Shown: positions 43,316 to 55,579 of the stretch, piece by piece | How positions within the stretch are numbered: the stretch's first letter is position 1 | Layout of the letters: each line of letters opens with the position of its first letter | Assembly: GCA_949358305.1 (NCBI GenBank) | Contig: OX442314.1 | Span: 7,688,001 to 7,752,000 of the forward strand | DNA: 64,000 nt | Direction of reading: 5' to 3' | From: Strigamia acuminata | Taxonomy: Eukaryota | The notes under the pieces: model-generated | The model's input: the letters and a program-made list of their open reading frames with translations, nothing else | Told to the model about the DNA's origin: nothing | Database searches by the model: none | Program-made: the position numbers and the translations under genes

Positions 43316-45462
43316 GAACTAGTCGCACTTGAGTCTGTCGATTCGGGCTTGATCAAAGTTTTGACCATTTCTGCCAACGAGTTAGTCAGCGAAGTTTGTA
43401 ACTTATTTTCAAAAGTATTTAATTTCACATCAAGTTTAGCATCTAGTGTTGCATCCAACACTTCTTGAGTTATCCATCTGTTATTAGGACGTTTAGAAGT
43501 AGGATCCACAGTCGGGGAATCCGGCGTACTTCGTTTTTGCAACTCTTCAGAGTTGAAATTTGTACGTGGTTTTAAATCTGGACATTCTCGACGCATGTGT
43601 CCTGGTTTCTTACAGTGGTAACAAACTAATTGACCACGTCTGGTCTGATCTAATACTCCATTTATTAAATAAACAGTCTCGCACTCCTCAGGTAACTCTT
43701 CATCACAAATATTAAGTTGTTCTTGTGAATCCAAAGTTAAAGATTTAGCATTTGTCTTCGACTGAGGACGTGTGTCAGTTTTCCGAGGTGGAAAAACGAC
43801 TGGATTGGGAATATTTTCCCTTGCTCCATTAGCTGTACGACTGTACAAGCCTTTATTTTTTGTTATAACGGTATAAATCTCTGTCAGAGGCAAATCCGCT
43901 ATGCCTTGCGTATGCAGAAGCAAATCATTAGCAGGAGTTACACTCCCGATAAAAAGACAACCAGCCCCTTTTGCATCAAGACTGTCTTGTAATATCCATA
44001 ACTGGTAATATTTGTGCATAAAGTCATAAAGACTTTCTGTTTCCAGTTGTTTCAACTTAGTTAGTTGGTTCGTCCGCTCTTGTCGAGTGGCTACAAACCG
44101 TTCTTTGAACGCCTGTTCAAATACTTCCCAAGATATGAAATCTTCTCTCCGTTCATGAAACCAACCATGCGCTTGCTCGGTTAAATAACCGGCCACGCCT
44201 TTAACAAGCATGTCATCGAGTGACATGTTTCGCAGGAAAGCGACATTTTTTACAATATTGAGAAAGCGTTCGCTTTCTTCTGCTTTTCCGGAGAAAACAG
44301 GGATATCTGGCGGTTTCAAACAGTTAGTTTGAGGAACAGTGGCGGAACTTTTTCCTGCCTGCATCAACTTGTGCATGGTCGTGGCAATTGACGCGAGGTC
44401 ATCAGCCGTCATTCCAAAGCTACTGGGGGGGCGCGAGTTGTCGTTTGACGACCCACCATTGTTTGGTTGACTCGAGTTATTTTGACTTGAGCCACCACTA
44501 TTGGGGTTGAAATTATTCGACCCTCCTTGATTTGACCTGCTGTGGTTACCAAAGTTCGAATGGTTATTCGAATTGCCTTGGTTTCTATAATTCGAATGAT
44601 TATAAGAATTATCCTGATTGTCAAAATTCGGACGATTGTTCGAACTTTCTTGATTACCAAAATTTAGATTATTTGGGTTGTTCGAGTTCGGAGGAACTGG
44701 GTGACCCCTTTGTATGTTAGGTGCTGGACTAGAATTATTTGCAAATCTAGAATTTGGGTCAAAACGGCGGTTTGGACCTCTTGTCGCACCTGAATTTGGG
44801 TTCAAATTTCCAGCGAGATTCGGACAACTATTTGATCCGTTTGGAAAACTTGGATTAGGGTTGGCCATATTAGGCGGACCCGAATTCGCTCTGTTGAACG
44901 TATTCTCAAAGTTTTCTGGATTTGTAAATCCTCTTTGTTGGTTGCGAGCGAAGTTATTCGCTCGTAATCGTTGTTGGAAAGCACGATTAAAATCTCCTGG
45001 TGTCAAATTCGACTGATCTTGACGAGGAGGTTGTGCATTTTTATTCCTATATCTAGAAATAGGCGTCGAAGGAGTGGGACTAAAATTATTTAATCTTTGG
45101 CTGGCTGGGGAATTAGGATGCTCCGACGTAGCACGTTGTGCGTGCACAAAATCTAACACTTCGGTCAAAGATCTAAACTGGTTTGGGTTCAAACCGTGAT
45201 CCTGACAAAATAATAGACCGCCTCGGCCTAAATGAGAACCTTCAGGAATGCATTCCTGTTCTCCAGGCGGAGTAGGTTCATGTGGAGCCCTATTCTCTCC
45301 AGATGGTCCGGCGGTTTCAATTGAAACGCCATTATGGACCGCGTGGTTTCCCACTTCTTCAATTCCATTAGGAACAGGTATAAACCCGGATAGATTCATT
45401 CCACCGGTCAAACAAGTTCTTTCCTTACCACGGGTGTTCATGTGATGCTGGTTATTAGTCAT
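43306..45462 (-). CDS. gag: Gypsy-D Gag, 718 aa, with Asn/Gly/Ser-rich region
   Basis: FSGK...AHGWF...FKERF...LKQLETES gag core; CYHCKKPGHMRREC knuckle. Confidence 0.92.
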   Translation of the reverse strand: MTNNQHHMNTRGKERTCLTGGMNLSGFIPVPNGIEEVGNHAVHNGVSIETAGPSGENRAPHEPTPPGEQECIPEGSHLGRGGLLFCQDHGLNPNQFRSLTEVLDFVHAQRATSEHPNSPASQRLNNFSPTPSTPISRYRNKNAQPPRQDQSNLTPGDFNRAFQQRLRANNFARNQQRGFTNPENFENTFNRANSGPPNMANPNPSFPNGSNSCPNLAGNLNPNSGATRGPNRRFDPNSRFANNSSPAPNIQRGHPVPPNSNNPNNLNFGNQESSNNRPNFDNQDNSYNHSNYRNQGNSNNHSNFGNHSRSNQGGSNNFNPNSGGSSQNNSSQPNNGGSSNDNSRPPSSFGMTADDLASIATTMHKLMQAGKSSATVPQTNCLKPPDIPVFSGKAEESERFLNIVKNVAFLRNMSLDDMLVKGVAGYLTEQAHGWFHERREDFISWEVFEQAFKERFVATRQERTNQLTKLKQLETESLYDFMHKYYQLWILQDSLDAKGAGCLFIGSVTPANDLLLHTQGIADLPLTEIYTVITKNKGLYSRTANGARENIPNPVVFPPRKTDTRPQSKTNAKSLTLDSQEQLNICDEELPEECETVYLINGVLDQTRRGQLVCYHCKKPGHMRRECPDLKPRTNFNSEELQKRSTPDSPTVDPTSKRPNNRWITQEVLDATLDAKLDVKLNTFENKLQTSLTNSLAEMVKTLIKPESTDSSATSSKN

Positions 45463-46564
45463 AACTAAACTTAAAACTGAGAAAAATTTCCTAAGTCTGA
45501 GAGATAACGATGAAGTTGCAAACGTTCAGGAGGGTCGCAAACGAAGCAGTGGTCACACTATTCGAAAGGAAGTATGGGTACTTCAAAACACCTCTCTGAT
45601 TGGTCAAGTATCAACGCTAGTCTCACGAGAGTCCAACCTCGTCCGAGATTGGTGGAAATCATCAAGTTCGTGGAACCGTAATCTTGACAGATTCCAGTGT
45701 TATGACGTAGTCACCAAACAATATGGATACTTTTCAAAGTACTCTAAATATTATCAAATTTATTTAATAAAAATGACCATTCCATGAGAATTTTAAAGTA
45801 TTAAAACCCACAATTTTAATAAAGCGCGTCGAATCGTTTGAATCGACGGCTTCTCTGCACAACCTGGTTGCTAGGCAACACAACAGCGAGAATTCTTCTT
45901 CGCTGAAATTCGAATGGTATTCCATTCGTAAAATTCGATTTCAATGACTTGAGATCACGACTTTTAACCAACATTTTAATGTAGATCAAGTCTGTAAAAT
46001 AAGGTAAACCCACTTTGAAATAAAATATAAATTTTAATTCCTTCGAAAAGCGTCAATTTTCTTTCTAATTTATTTAGGCAAATAAATTTAGGTTTAACTT
46101 GAAGTCTCAAGCAAAATACATATAACAGAATATTCTAGAATTAAAACAACTGTTAAATTGATAGAATTCTTTAAGAATTCCATCAAAAGTCAACTTTTCA
46201 AAATTAGGCCCGACCGCGTGGTTTTGTCAAATTTGTCGGCGACAACATGACGCTACCCGGGCGGAACCAACTTCAACAAGTTCGGGCAAGATTCTCATTC
46301 TCAGGGTTGGGCCTTTAGGCCTGACCACGTGGTAGAAATTATTAGTTTTGTTAAAACACATAATTTCCACGACGGAAAATCGGAATAAAGTGAATTACAC
46401 TTATTTTCTTGCGAGAAGTCCTAAACAGAATAAAATATATTAAACACAAATATAAATTTCGCTCGAAATTTATTTTACACACAAAAATCACCATAAACGT
46501 TACACTACTCGAATTCATCATAAATATGCAAAACTTCAAATTTTATTTAAAATTTGGCAGCCTA

Positions 46565-46581
46565 TCTCGGTAGAACCTCCA
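46565..46581 (-). promoter_or_regulatory. Primer binding site, tRNA-Gln
   Basis: Identical to 1448-1464. Confidence 0.85.
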
Positions 46582-46583
46582 CT

Positions 46584-48301
46584 TGTGACGATTCTACTTT
46601 TGGGCTAATTTATTAGTCCTTTTTGAGATAGATAATTCGGTTTATACAAGACGTTGCTAAGTTTAGCAACAACCTAACCGAGATAAGCTACGGAAGCCTT
46701 CACAAACATGAATACGTGACAGAGTAGAAATAACTTACAGTTTTAGTGTGACATAACATATTTATTACTAAATATTGATGGTTAACAAGATGGGTTCTTG
46801 ACGCGTGTAAACGGGCGGCATCAACTGGTTGAGGATCCGGGCGAAGCCAGAGGGATACGGCTGACTTGCGGCATCGTCACAAATATCGCTACAAAGACGT
46901 ATTTGGTCCGCAGCTCGATTATCTAATAGTACGAAGAGTCCTTCGTATATTCGGGAATATTCAGCAGAATATTCCATGTTTCAAATGAATAAAAGTAAAG
47001 TGATTAATGGAATATAACAAATGAATTGTTATATAAATATTAATTGGGCGGGGACCGTCACGACAATTGAGAGAACGTCGCGGGAGTTGTTGAGACTCTA
47101 TCCGCCAGCATGCCTTACGACGACAAGATCTCGTGATCAGGCGCCGAGTATTTAATTGTGTGCTTTAACTCGCTATCGGTGGTACCAACCACCAGGTAAA
47201 CATTTCTATGGACTTACCGGTATAAAAAGATATTGCCAATACAGCATTACCAATGCCCGAGTAGTTTGTTTAACACAGTGTTGTTCAACTCCTGTTCGCG
47301 GGTTACTAACCCGGAGGGTACGATGGGGCGGGGACCGTCACGACGGTCGAGAGAACCATCGCAGGAGGATTTGACTCCTCCATCCGCCAGCATGCCTTAC
47401 GATGGCGGGATCCAATGATCGAGCACCGGGTAAAATATTAATCGGCCACTGCCGTTGGATTACCATTATCCAGGTAGTTGTTTTATCGCAACATCTTTAG
47501 ATATTACTCACGGGCTACCAACCCGGCGTGTCACCTGTGCATTAGGCCTTTACCGACTTTTAACGAGCGGAAGGACCAATCGTAGAAAGACGGGAACCTG
47601 CGTGGGCTGTTTACAACAACCATCCTGCAGCGGACTGTGGCCAGTTAGCTGAGGGACCTACTTTCATTTAGCAAGGTCGTACTGTATACGACCGTTATAT
47701 TAAGCCACCGTACGAAGTCCTACTGTCCCGTAGAACAGCCGGCTAACGTTACGGGGCCATTTCATGCGAATGCATGTCTATTACCGGAGTTGGCCTTCCC
47801 GAAAAGGCCCTACAACAGTAATAACAAAATAGTAATGAATACTAATTGTGGAGAACTGAGGTGGCCTGATGTGTCGATAGAGAATAATGAAATCAAACGA
47901 TAACAATTCAACTACAGACAATATACAAGTTCAGTTATCAAGCTCTGGGGAAGTGAGAAACTGATGCTTATATAGTTCTGTAGAACTACTAGATTGGCGA
48001 CAGCCAATCAGCGTACGAATCGGCGGATTCGTGGGTCACTAGTCCGGACCTAATATATGACTATGTCCAGATGGGCCCAGTTAGGGTCCGGAAGGGTCCG
48101 ATTGGTTCCCTTCAACAGGTAAGTAATGTAAATATTGATTCGATAGAATCAACATCATCAAGTAATTAATACTTAATTTATATCGTGTCTAAATAATTAT
48201 TTATCACACTTTTCAGTTTTATCGAGTTTGAATTGCGCGCGTTTGTTAAACAGCGCCATCTATGGTGAACATTTGATAAATACTGATTTGTAATCATCAC
48301 A
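46584..48301 (-). repeat. 5' LTR of Gypsy-D (1718 bp)
   Basis: About 6 visible substitutions and a 27-bp deletion relative to 34047-35791. Confidence 0.95.
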
Positions 48302-48947
48302 AACGTTACGTTTCCACAACATTCAATCGAAAAACGTTGTTACTCCGACGTTTTTCGAAAAAAATTTAAGTTGTTCCTATTGGTTCAAATATAACACCAT
48401 GGTGTTGTATTCGAATACAACACGATCCAGTACTATTCGGGTAAGACGGTAGCCCCTAATTAGCGTAGGCGTTCTAGATTTTGATAGATCGTGCAGTGAA
48501 TAGTTCAACAAACAGTATTAAAAAAAAACAAGAAAACCGTCTTACAACCATCAACTGTATTAATAAGAATTGTATGAATCGATAGTTATCATACTAAGTA
48601 CGACCATTGGAAATATAATATTAAATAATAAATAAGTCATTTAGGACTCAGTACTAATCTGACACCAAATAACTTGCAGTTGATCTTCTTTCCTCAAGAC
48701 AACATCACCGACAAAGTAAGTACAAGACAACGAACAATCGAAAACCGCAACATAAATCCGATAGCGACATCGACTAGAAAACTATTTGCATTTTAGCAAC
48801 AAGTGGTAATTTGTGAGTTTGCTACAGCCACACTTTCGAAGGAAATTTACTGTGTAAAAAAAACCTGTCAATTCTGAACTAAGCACTGGCTCACACCAGA
48901 TAAGTTTGTTTTATCTTCTTAACACGCCCAAAAGCAGGTAAAATTTC

Positions 48948-49479
48948 TGTGACTGGTATGGTCTCACCCACAGTAGTCTGGAGGTTTCCATGGGAGGACG
49001 CATACTCATCTACTAGTAAATGATTGAGACAGGGACTCTGGATTGTTGGATTTCGGCCTTTAATCTAGGGGCCGGAGTCTCTCATCTATCTATGTGTTGC
49101 AGTGCTGCTAGGCATGCTACACCAGCAACCAACCCGTCCCACAAAGGGCCTGAACTCCATGGGTGACGTGGCCAGTCACTGACGGACATTCTGCCATACA
49201 TATCCCGTATGACCCATGTAGCCGCTCATAGAGGCTGTAATAGACACATCGTCATGTTACTGAGCATCACAGTGGTCAATGGTGAGAGCAGCAGAGCCAG
49301 CCAGCATCTTCATGCTTTCACTAAGACCTCTACGTCTGTCCTCTCTGCTCCATCGGCTCCGTCTCTCTCACCACCTCCTTCTCTAACCTAACCAATCCAC
49401 CCTGCAAAAGGGACGGCCTTAGGGCCAGTGGGCGGTGTGTGGAGTGATGCAAGTTACCGTGGGTGGCCAAGCGGTCACA
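48948..49479. mobile_element. Solo-LTR-like repeat upstream of channel gene 1
   Basis: TGTGAC...GTCACA; flanks TTTC/CTTC; absent from the paralogous sequence near 57140. Confidence 0.75.
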
Positions 49480-51553
49480 CTTCACAATATTTAATAAATA
49501 CAAGTTTGCCCTTATAAAAATTTTGTTGAAACCACAGTTTGAAATCTGTCCTTTGCAGATAAGCTACAATGCAGAATATTTCTTTCGTGAGAAAAAACAC
49601 GCAAAGATTAAGTAAACTACGTTTGACAATTCACCGGATGTTGAAGGATGATGCAAACAAACTCAGATGCAATTTAATCGGCTTTGATGATTTTATAAAT
49701 AGCAATCATCGTGGGAGCAAGCGTCACATCTTTTGGCTTCTTTTATTCTCATTTTGCACATGCATGCTTACTTATCAGGCTTATGATAGAATAATGCATT
49801 ATTTGAGTTATCCAACCGTTGTTGACGTAACGAGCAGATCGGAAGATGTTACTTTACCAAACTTGATGATCTGTAATACAAATACGGAAGAAATGGCCAG
49901 ACTTTGGTTTAAAACATATGGACACCTAACAATTCAAACCTACCAATGCAATCACATGCTGCGAACACTTATGGCAATCCCATCGTACGATGTAGATGAA
50001 CTTTGGACAGCGACTAATTTGACAAAAGAAGTAGTGAGCGTAAAAATAAGGGTAAAAAAAAATAAAAATCAGTATTTTTTAATAATCATAATTCAAACTC
50101 TTGATTTCGCGCAGAAATATTCAAATTCAAACCAAACAGTTGTTCTGACAGAAACTAACCATTTAGTTGGAATGTGCTCAACATTCAAATTTCGTAACTA
50201 TAATCAAATATTTATTTTAAACATCGAACAAAATATGCTTTATCATTCATTGCCATAGCTAAAGCTTCTACCAACTCAATTGTTGGAGATCTACTGACTG
50301 TAAAAATGGAAAAAAATCATGAAGGGATATGTCCTACAGAGCCATATTGATATTTGGTAATTATTGCAATTTGATATTGTGAATTATATTCACTTTCTTT
50401 CTTTTTGCACTTAGCTTTTACTTGAATCTGATGATTATGGAAGATCTTATGGCTTAGCAATGCAATATCCAGGTGTAACAACCAAAATTGATTTCAGTTA
50501 TAAGAAAGTAAAATTTTAACCACAACCTCAATTTACTACACATCACTCTATGCTGTTTTAAAATTTTAGTTCAAATTTCTTAATTCAACTGTAAATTCAT
50601 GCTCCAGTGAGGAGGAATACAGAGAATGCTATCAGACTTGTCTAAGGAAAAAATTTAAAAAACAGCTAAAATGCAGGTAAGAAAAATTGCCATGATAGCA
50701 CACCATTAAAAAAATCAAAAAAATAGATCTTATTTCCAAGATTCCCTTTTACCAAGACGGACTTACCGCTTTGCAAATGTTCGAACGACACGAACGAGCA
50801 ATACGACATTGCAAATCAGCTTATAAAAGGCACAAATGCACTTTCAGATTGTCTATGTAGACGTCCATGTCAAAAACTAACATTCACACCATCCACTGAT
50901 ACAGGCTTAGCAGATGATGAAAAAACTTCATTGATATCTTTGGCAATAACTGATGACAAAATTAGTGTGTATGAAGAACGATACATCTATGACATCATTG
51001 CTCTACTGTCAGATTTAGGCGGCAATCTTGGCCTGTTTCTCGGTCTGTCATTAATCTCATTACCTGAAATCATTTGGTATTTATATTATATTGCAACAAA
51101 AATTGACCAAAAAACATCCGTCGATAAGATTCGCTGTGTGTATGAGTTATGCAAGAAGAAAGCTACTGCGAACGAAGAGAAAACCATGGGAAATGGAATA
51201 TTAGAAAAGTTTAAATTTGTGATGATATTCGTAATCACAGGATACAGTTTGTATTGCTTGGAAATTCGTATAAACTACTACATTGATGAACCGGTAACAA
51301 CAATCGTTAGAATAGTTGAACGCCAATACACTGAGTATCAATCCGTCACGGTCTGTGGTGAAAAAGAAAATGAAGATGTGGACGCCGCCAGATTACACAT
51401 GATGAAACACACTAATAAAAACTGCAATGAAATATCGCCCTGGCAATTGTTCAGCAACGAATTGTCCTTAGAAGAAATTTGGGCAACACTCAATGTGCAC
51501 GACACAATTAATATTCAGAATGAGGTACTAAGCTTACTTGTACAAGTAGTGTA

Positions 51554-51800
51554 CAGTCGAGTTAGAAAAAAACTGGACCCACACTCAAAGCTGCCAATTA
51601 AACTCGTGAGTAATTTTGTGTTTTGCCACTATGTGAAACACAATACATCAACAGGTGATAATACAGACAAGGCTATACAAAGCTACGCACATATTATCAC
51701 TTGTTGATGTCTGGTGTTTCACCTAGTGGCGAAACCCGAAATTACTCACAAGTTCAATTGCCAGCATAGAGTAGGGGTCCAGATATTTTGAACACGACTG
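51554..51800. mobile_element. Short MITE in an intron of gene 1 (same family as 60591-60786)
   Basis: Imperfect TIR CAGTCG.GTT..AAA.A.CTGGACCC; shared core TATTATCAC.TGTTGATGTCTGGTGTTTCAC.TAGTGGC. Confidence 0.65.
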
Positions 51801-52405
51801 CACACACACACACAAAAATTAGAAATCGAAGCTCAACGATTAAAACTATTTATTTTGTAGAAATCTTATGGATACAAAATAGCACTTAACATATCAATGC
51901 ATCCTATTTCACTGCCTTTTGGTAATTGTTCACGAATAAACACAGGTAATTTATAAATTTTAATCCCACACATTATTTCACCTTACAAAAAGGAATGAAC
52001 GATGTTTCTAGGCAATTATGGCCTAACAACTCACGATCGTGTAGTACACCTATGGACAAAAAAATCTTCACATGCTGTCAGACTACTTCAGTTCCAAATG
52101 TGAAGATTTTTTTTACCATACTTGTAGGTGTACATTGTTTATAGTTACTAACTCAATAAATGGCGAGTCGGAGGAAGACACAACACTTGCTAATAAATAT
52201 TCTGTCCTTTTCTAATATTTTTCAGAAAAATCAATCAATCTATCTGCTTATTTTATAATTTTATTTGAAACTCTGTTTCCTTCAGAAGTATGTGACCAGC
52301 TTCTAAAGGTAAAACAACACTTTGATAACAGATTGATAAGTTATGTCGGGTTGTGAATTTTTTGAAAAACAATTGCCTCTTTTATCCCAGTGGGTCATTT
52401 GGAGT

Positions 52406-52407
52406 AT

Positions 52408-52438
<31 letters not shown>
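52406..52438. repeat. (TATT)n microsatellite
   Basis: About 8 units. Confidence 0.85.
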
Positions 52439-52439
<1 letters not shown>

Positions 52440-54038
52440 TCGCACTCCAAAGAAGTAAAAAGAAATGAGTTACAAGTGAGGTACAATAATTTGTTGAACA
52501 GATAACAAGTGACGATGTAGGCGCCGATCTACCGGTAACCTAACCCCCACTTCTCGGGGGCCCTGAGCCAAGTGGTCGTACTAGCCCCCTCTCACAGGGC
52601 GAGTTTATACCTAATATATCTAATTGTGCATTGTAATTAAATTCGTAGTTTTTCCTAAATGATCTGGAAGAAGAAGTTAACATTGTGGCACCTTTGGAAT
52701 TAAGCTATGGCTGGATGAACACTGTAACACTTCAAGCATTGAAGGTAATAATAGTAAAAATTAAACTATATAATTACATGCTATTAAGCTTATCCTAACT
52801 TAGTTTGATTTTATAAAATAGACTGTACGAAGAAATACAAAAAGTAATCCATGCGAAGAGAACAAAAGTGCTCATTTCATGTGTAAAACTGCTTGCATCC
52901 AAAATAGTTTACTCCAAAATGTTAACTGCAGGTATGTTAATTCAGATATTTCACTTTTAACACATCTCAGTTCAACACATACGTATGGCTTACATCTACA
53001 GTACCGTGTATGTGCATAAACCTTATGTCCGATCGTGCAAATAAATCGGTTTTATGAATATCTACGTCTCCCAACTAGATCCGATAATCGACATTCTACT
53101 GTAACTGGTTTTATAAAAATTACCTTTTCAGTTACATACCAGTTTTTTTTTGTTGTAAATGTCACTATTGTTTGGTTTCAGATTACCTTACCTAGGAAAT
53201 CTGAATTTGCCAGCTTGTAACACAACGACTGAATCTATGACGGCTCATTTAATGTACTTAAAAAATTTTGACACAAACCAAAAACAATGTAAATGTAGAC
53301 TGCCTTGCGAAAATAGTTTTTACAAAATTACTTTATACCAAAGCAAATTGTTAGTTAATTTTTTCACAGGAATAGTTCTGCAATTCTCTGATTCTTTCGT
53401 AGAGATTATAGAAGAGCAACAGGCATATCCGATATCTCAATTGCTAAGCGATGTCGGTAGCATTGTGGGATTAGGTTCTGGAATGTCATTGCTGTCTTTC
53501 TACATTGGCATTTTAAACACTTATAATTGTTGGAATTCGAAAAGATTGGGAATACTCGGATGAAAATGATGAAAAGGTTTATTTGCGCGAGATACACGAC
53601 ATACAGTCTCGGCCCTTTTCGCAAGTGACCGGAAATCGTTCTCGTGACGTAATACGTCGCCAGTCGAAAATACACCCAACTCCCCCTAGTGGTGGGAGAC
53701 CCTCATTCGGGATTTCAAGCACATTGCGCCTGGTGACACAAAATGACAACAATAATTTGTATCAGAGTAGGATTTGGTCAATTTGGTTCCAAAAGAAGCA
53801 ATAAATTATGAATTTGTTAAAGCTGTCCTATGCTAGATTGTTTAAAATCTTTGTGTCGCAGTCCAACCCGTTCGAAGTTTGCATTTTTAAGAATTAAAAC
53901 AAAAAAAATCTGTATTTTTCTCAGTTGATATCAAAGATTAGACGTTTGATTGTAAGACGTTTAATTGTAAGACGTTTAATTGTAAGACTTTTAAAAACCC
54001 AAGTAATTTGATATCACATGACATATGGACTTCACAAC

Positions 54039-55304
54039 GGGTTACAATAACTGGCGCGGAATGAATGACCGCGGAAAGAAATTCCGCGCTTATTCATTCG
54101 CGCTTATTCAGTTCTCGGGTGATCATTCCGCGCCTGTTCAGTTGTGGTAATGAGAATTCCGCGCTCAGGCAATTCCAGAACTGACTAAGCGCGGAATTAT
54201 TTACAGAACACCATTCCGCGCTTATTCAGTTCTTGAATTGCCTGAGCGCGGAATGGTGTGCTGTAGAGAATTCCGCGCTTATTCAGTTCTTGAACTGCCT
54301 GAGCGCGGAATGGTGTGCTGTAGAGAATTCCGCTAGGAGACGGGAGGGGGCTTTACTGCAATGAGCGTTTGTTCAATTTTCGTCGTAATTTGCTGATTTC
54401 TTCTTTTTAACTAAATTTAATGAGAAATATAAGGACGCCAACGTTTTCAGCGGCAGATTACACATAGGATTCATGTGTTAAATATTCATAAAGGTCAATT
54501 TTAAAAATTAATCTTTTTTTTTTAAATTTCAAAATTAAATTCTATTTTGGTCACGGCTTCCGCCAGATAAAGCTCTAGTTTGTTTACAATTCGTGGTCAA
54601 TCGAAATTCAAAATGAAAATGGTGAACATGAAAGTTAATCGGTTTTTCAAAAAAATACCCAAGTTTAATTACGAAGACATGCATTTTAAAATTAGAAATT
54701 TGAAATAAAATGGTGAACATGACATAAATCACCGATTTTTTAAAGAAAAAATGACTACCGTATTTTATCAATTAAGAGCTGCGGCTCTTATTCAAAACTG
54801 CAATTTTTGTCAGCAATTACAATTTCGGTTTTTCGTTTGTTATATTTGTTTAATGTAACAAACGAAGTCCAATTATGTCCATTGAAAGGGCTATCTAGTC
54901 CAATAAATTTTTTGGATTGGACATAGGGGGGGCCAATTTAACGAAGGTCACTAATTGGACGAATCGTGTCGTTAAACGAACATTTTTCAAGTGTGAGAAT
55001 TTTGGTTGAAAAAACGTCCAAAATTGACTTTAAAAGCCTAAAAACCACGAAAATAAGTAAATTCGATTGGAAAACAACAAATTAAAAACTTGTATTGCTT
55101 TTCGTATTCCGCGCTTATTCAGTTCCAACTTTTGTCCAAATTCCGTGCTTATTCAGTTGACAATGTTGGCATTCCGCGCTAATTCAACAATTGAATTCAA
55201 AATTCCGCGCTTATTCATTCCGCGCCAGTTCAATTTACTGAAATAACGGGTCTGTAAAAAAAATTAATTCCGCGCCAATTCATTTCGCGCCAGTTATGAA
55301 TCCC
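54039..55304. mobile_element. Non-autonomous Mutator/foldback-like element
   Basis: 9-bp TSD CTTCACAAC (54030-54038, 55305-55313); TIR GGG.T.CA(A)TAACTGGCGCG.AATGAAT; many ATTCCGCGC subterminal motifs. Confidence 0.85.
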
Positions 55305-55357
55305 CTTCACAACTTTGTTCACCAACATGACTGCCTGCATGAAGACAACAATAGTTT

Positions 55358-55429
55358 GTAGTGGTTGCCCAGTGGTTAAGGCAATGGACTAGGCATCTTT
55401 CCACACAGGTTCAAATCCTGTTGTCTGTG
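55358..55429 (+). pseudogene. tRNA-Ser-derived pseudogene or SINE head
   Basis: GTAGTGGTTGCCCAGTGGTTAAGGCAATGGACTAGG...CAGGTTCAAATCCTG resembles tRNA-Ser(AGA) with A and B boxes; the variable arm is shortened and stems are broken. Confidence 0.65.
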
Positions 55430-55579
55430 AAAAATTTTTATTTTATTTTTTATTTATTTTTAGCAGTAATTTTAATGTTTGTAATTTTATATTTGTTTTT
55501 AGAAAATTTTAATCTAATTAATTTTAATTTTTTACCACAACTTTAATTGAAAAGTTGGACTTAATACTGTATACAATAA

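Larger units (their letters stand above)
34047..48301 (-). mobile_element. Gypsy-D full-length LTR retrotransposon
   Basis: LTRs at 34047-35791 and 46584-48301; 4-bp TSD AACG; tRNA-Gln PBS; gag; pol; ORF3. Confidence 0.96.
33824..48449. mobile_element. ~370-bp MITE (TA TSD) split by the Gypsy-D insertion; arms 33824-34046 and 48306-48449
   Basis: ~40-bp TIR CCGTCTT(A)ACCCGAATAGTACTGGATCGTGTTGTATTCGA at 33824 with its reverse complement at 48411-48449, both flanked by TA. Confidence 0.8.
49569..53563 (+). pseudogene. DEG/ENaC (pickpocket-like) gene 1, tandem two-subunit architecture, 800 codons including the terminal stop, with an in-frame TGA at 50348-50350. Predicted exons: 49569-50051, 50115-50193, 50259-50356, 50415-50507, 50570-50676, 50741-51524, 51861-51945, 52226-52308, 52649-52744, 52822-52931, 53182-53563
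   Basis: IFWLLLF TM1, YLSYPT, LPNLMICN, CRRPC, LLSDLGGNLGLFLGLS TM2; second repeat YIDEPVTT...CRLPC...LLSDVGSIVGLGSGMS; GT-AG introns with consistent phases; pseudogene status rests on one stop. Confidence 0.75.

Noticed and set aside
50348..50350. TGA as selenocysteine
   Set aside because: The paralog has no Cys at this position, the codon lies in an apparent insertion, and no SECIS was recognised
52012..52099. Possible extra exon in channel gene 1
   Set aside because: The flanking exons join in phase without it, and gene 2 needs no counterpart
55358..55429. Functional tRNA-Ser gene
   Set aside because: Acceptor and anticodon stems are disrupted and the variable arm shortened; treated as a pseudogene or SINE remnant
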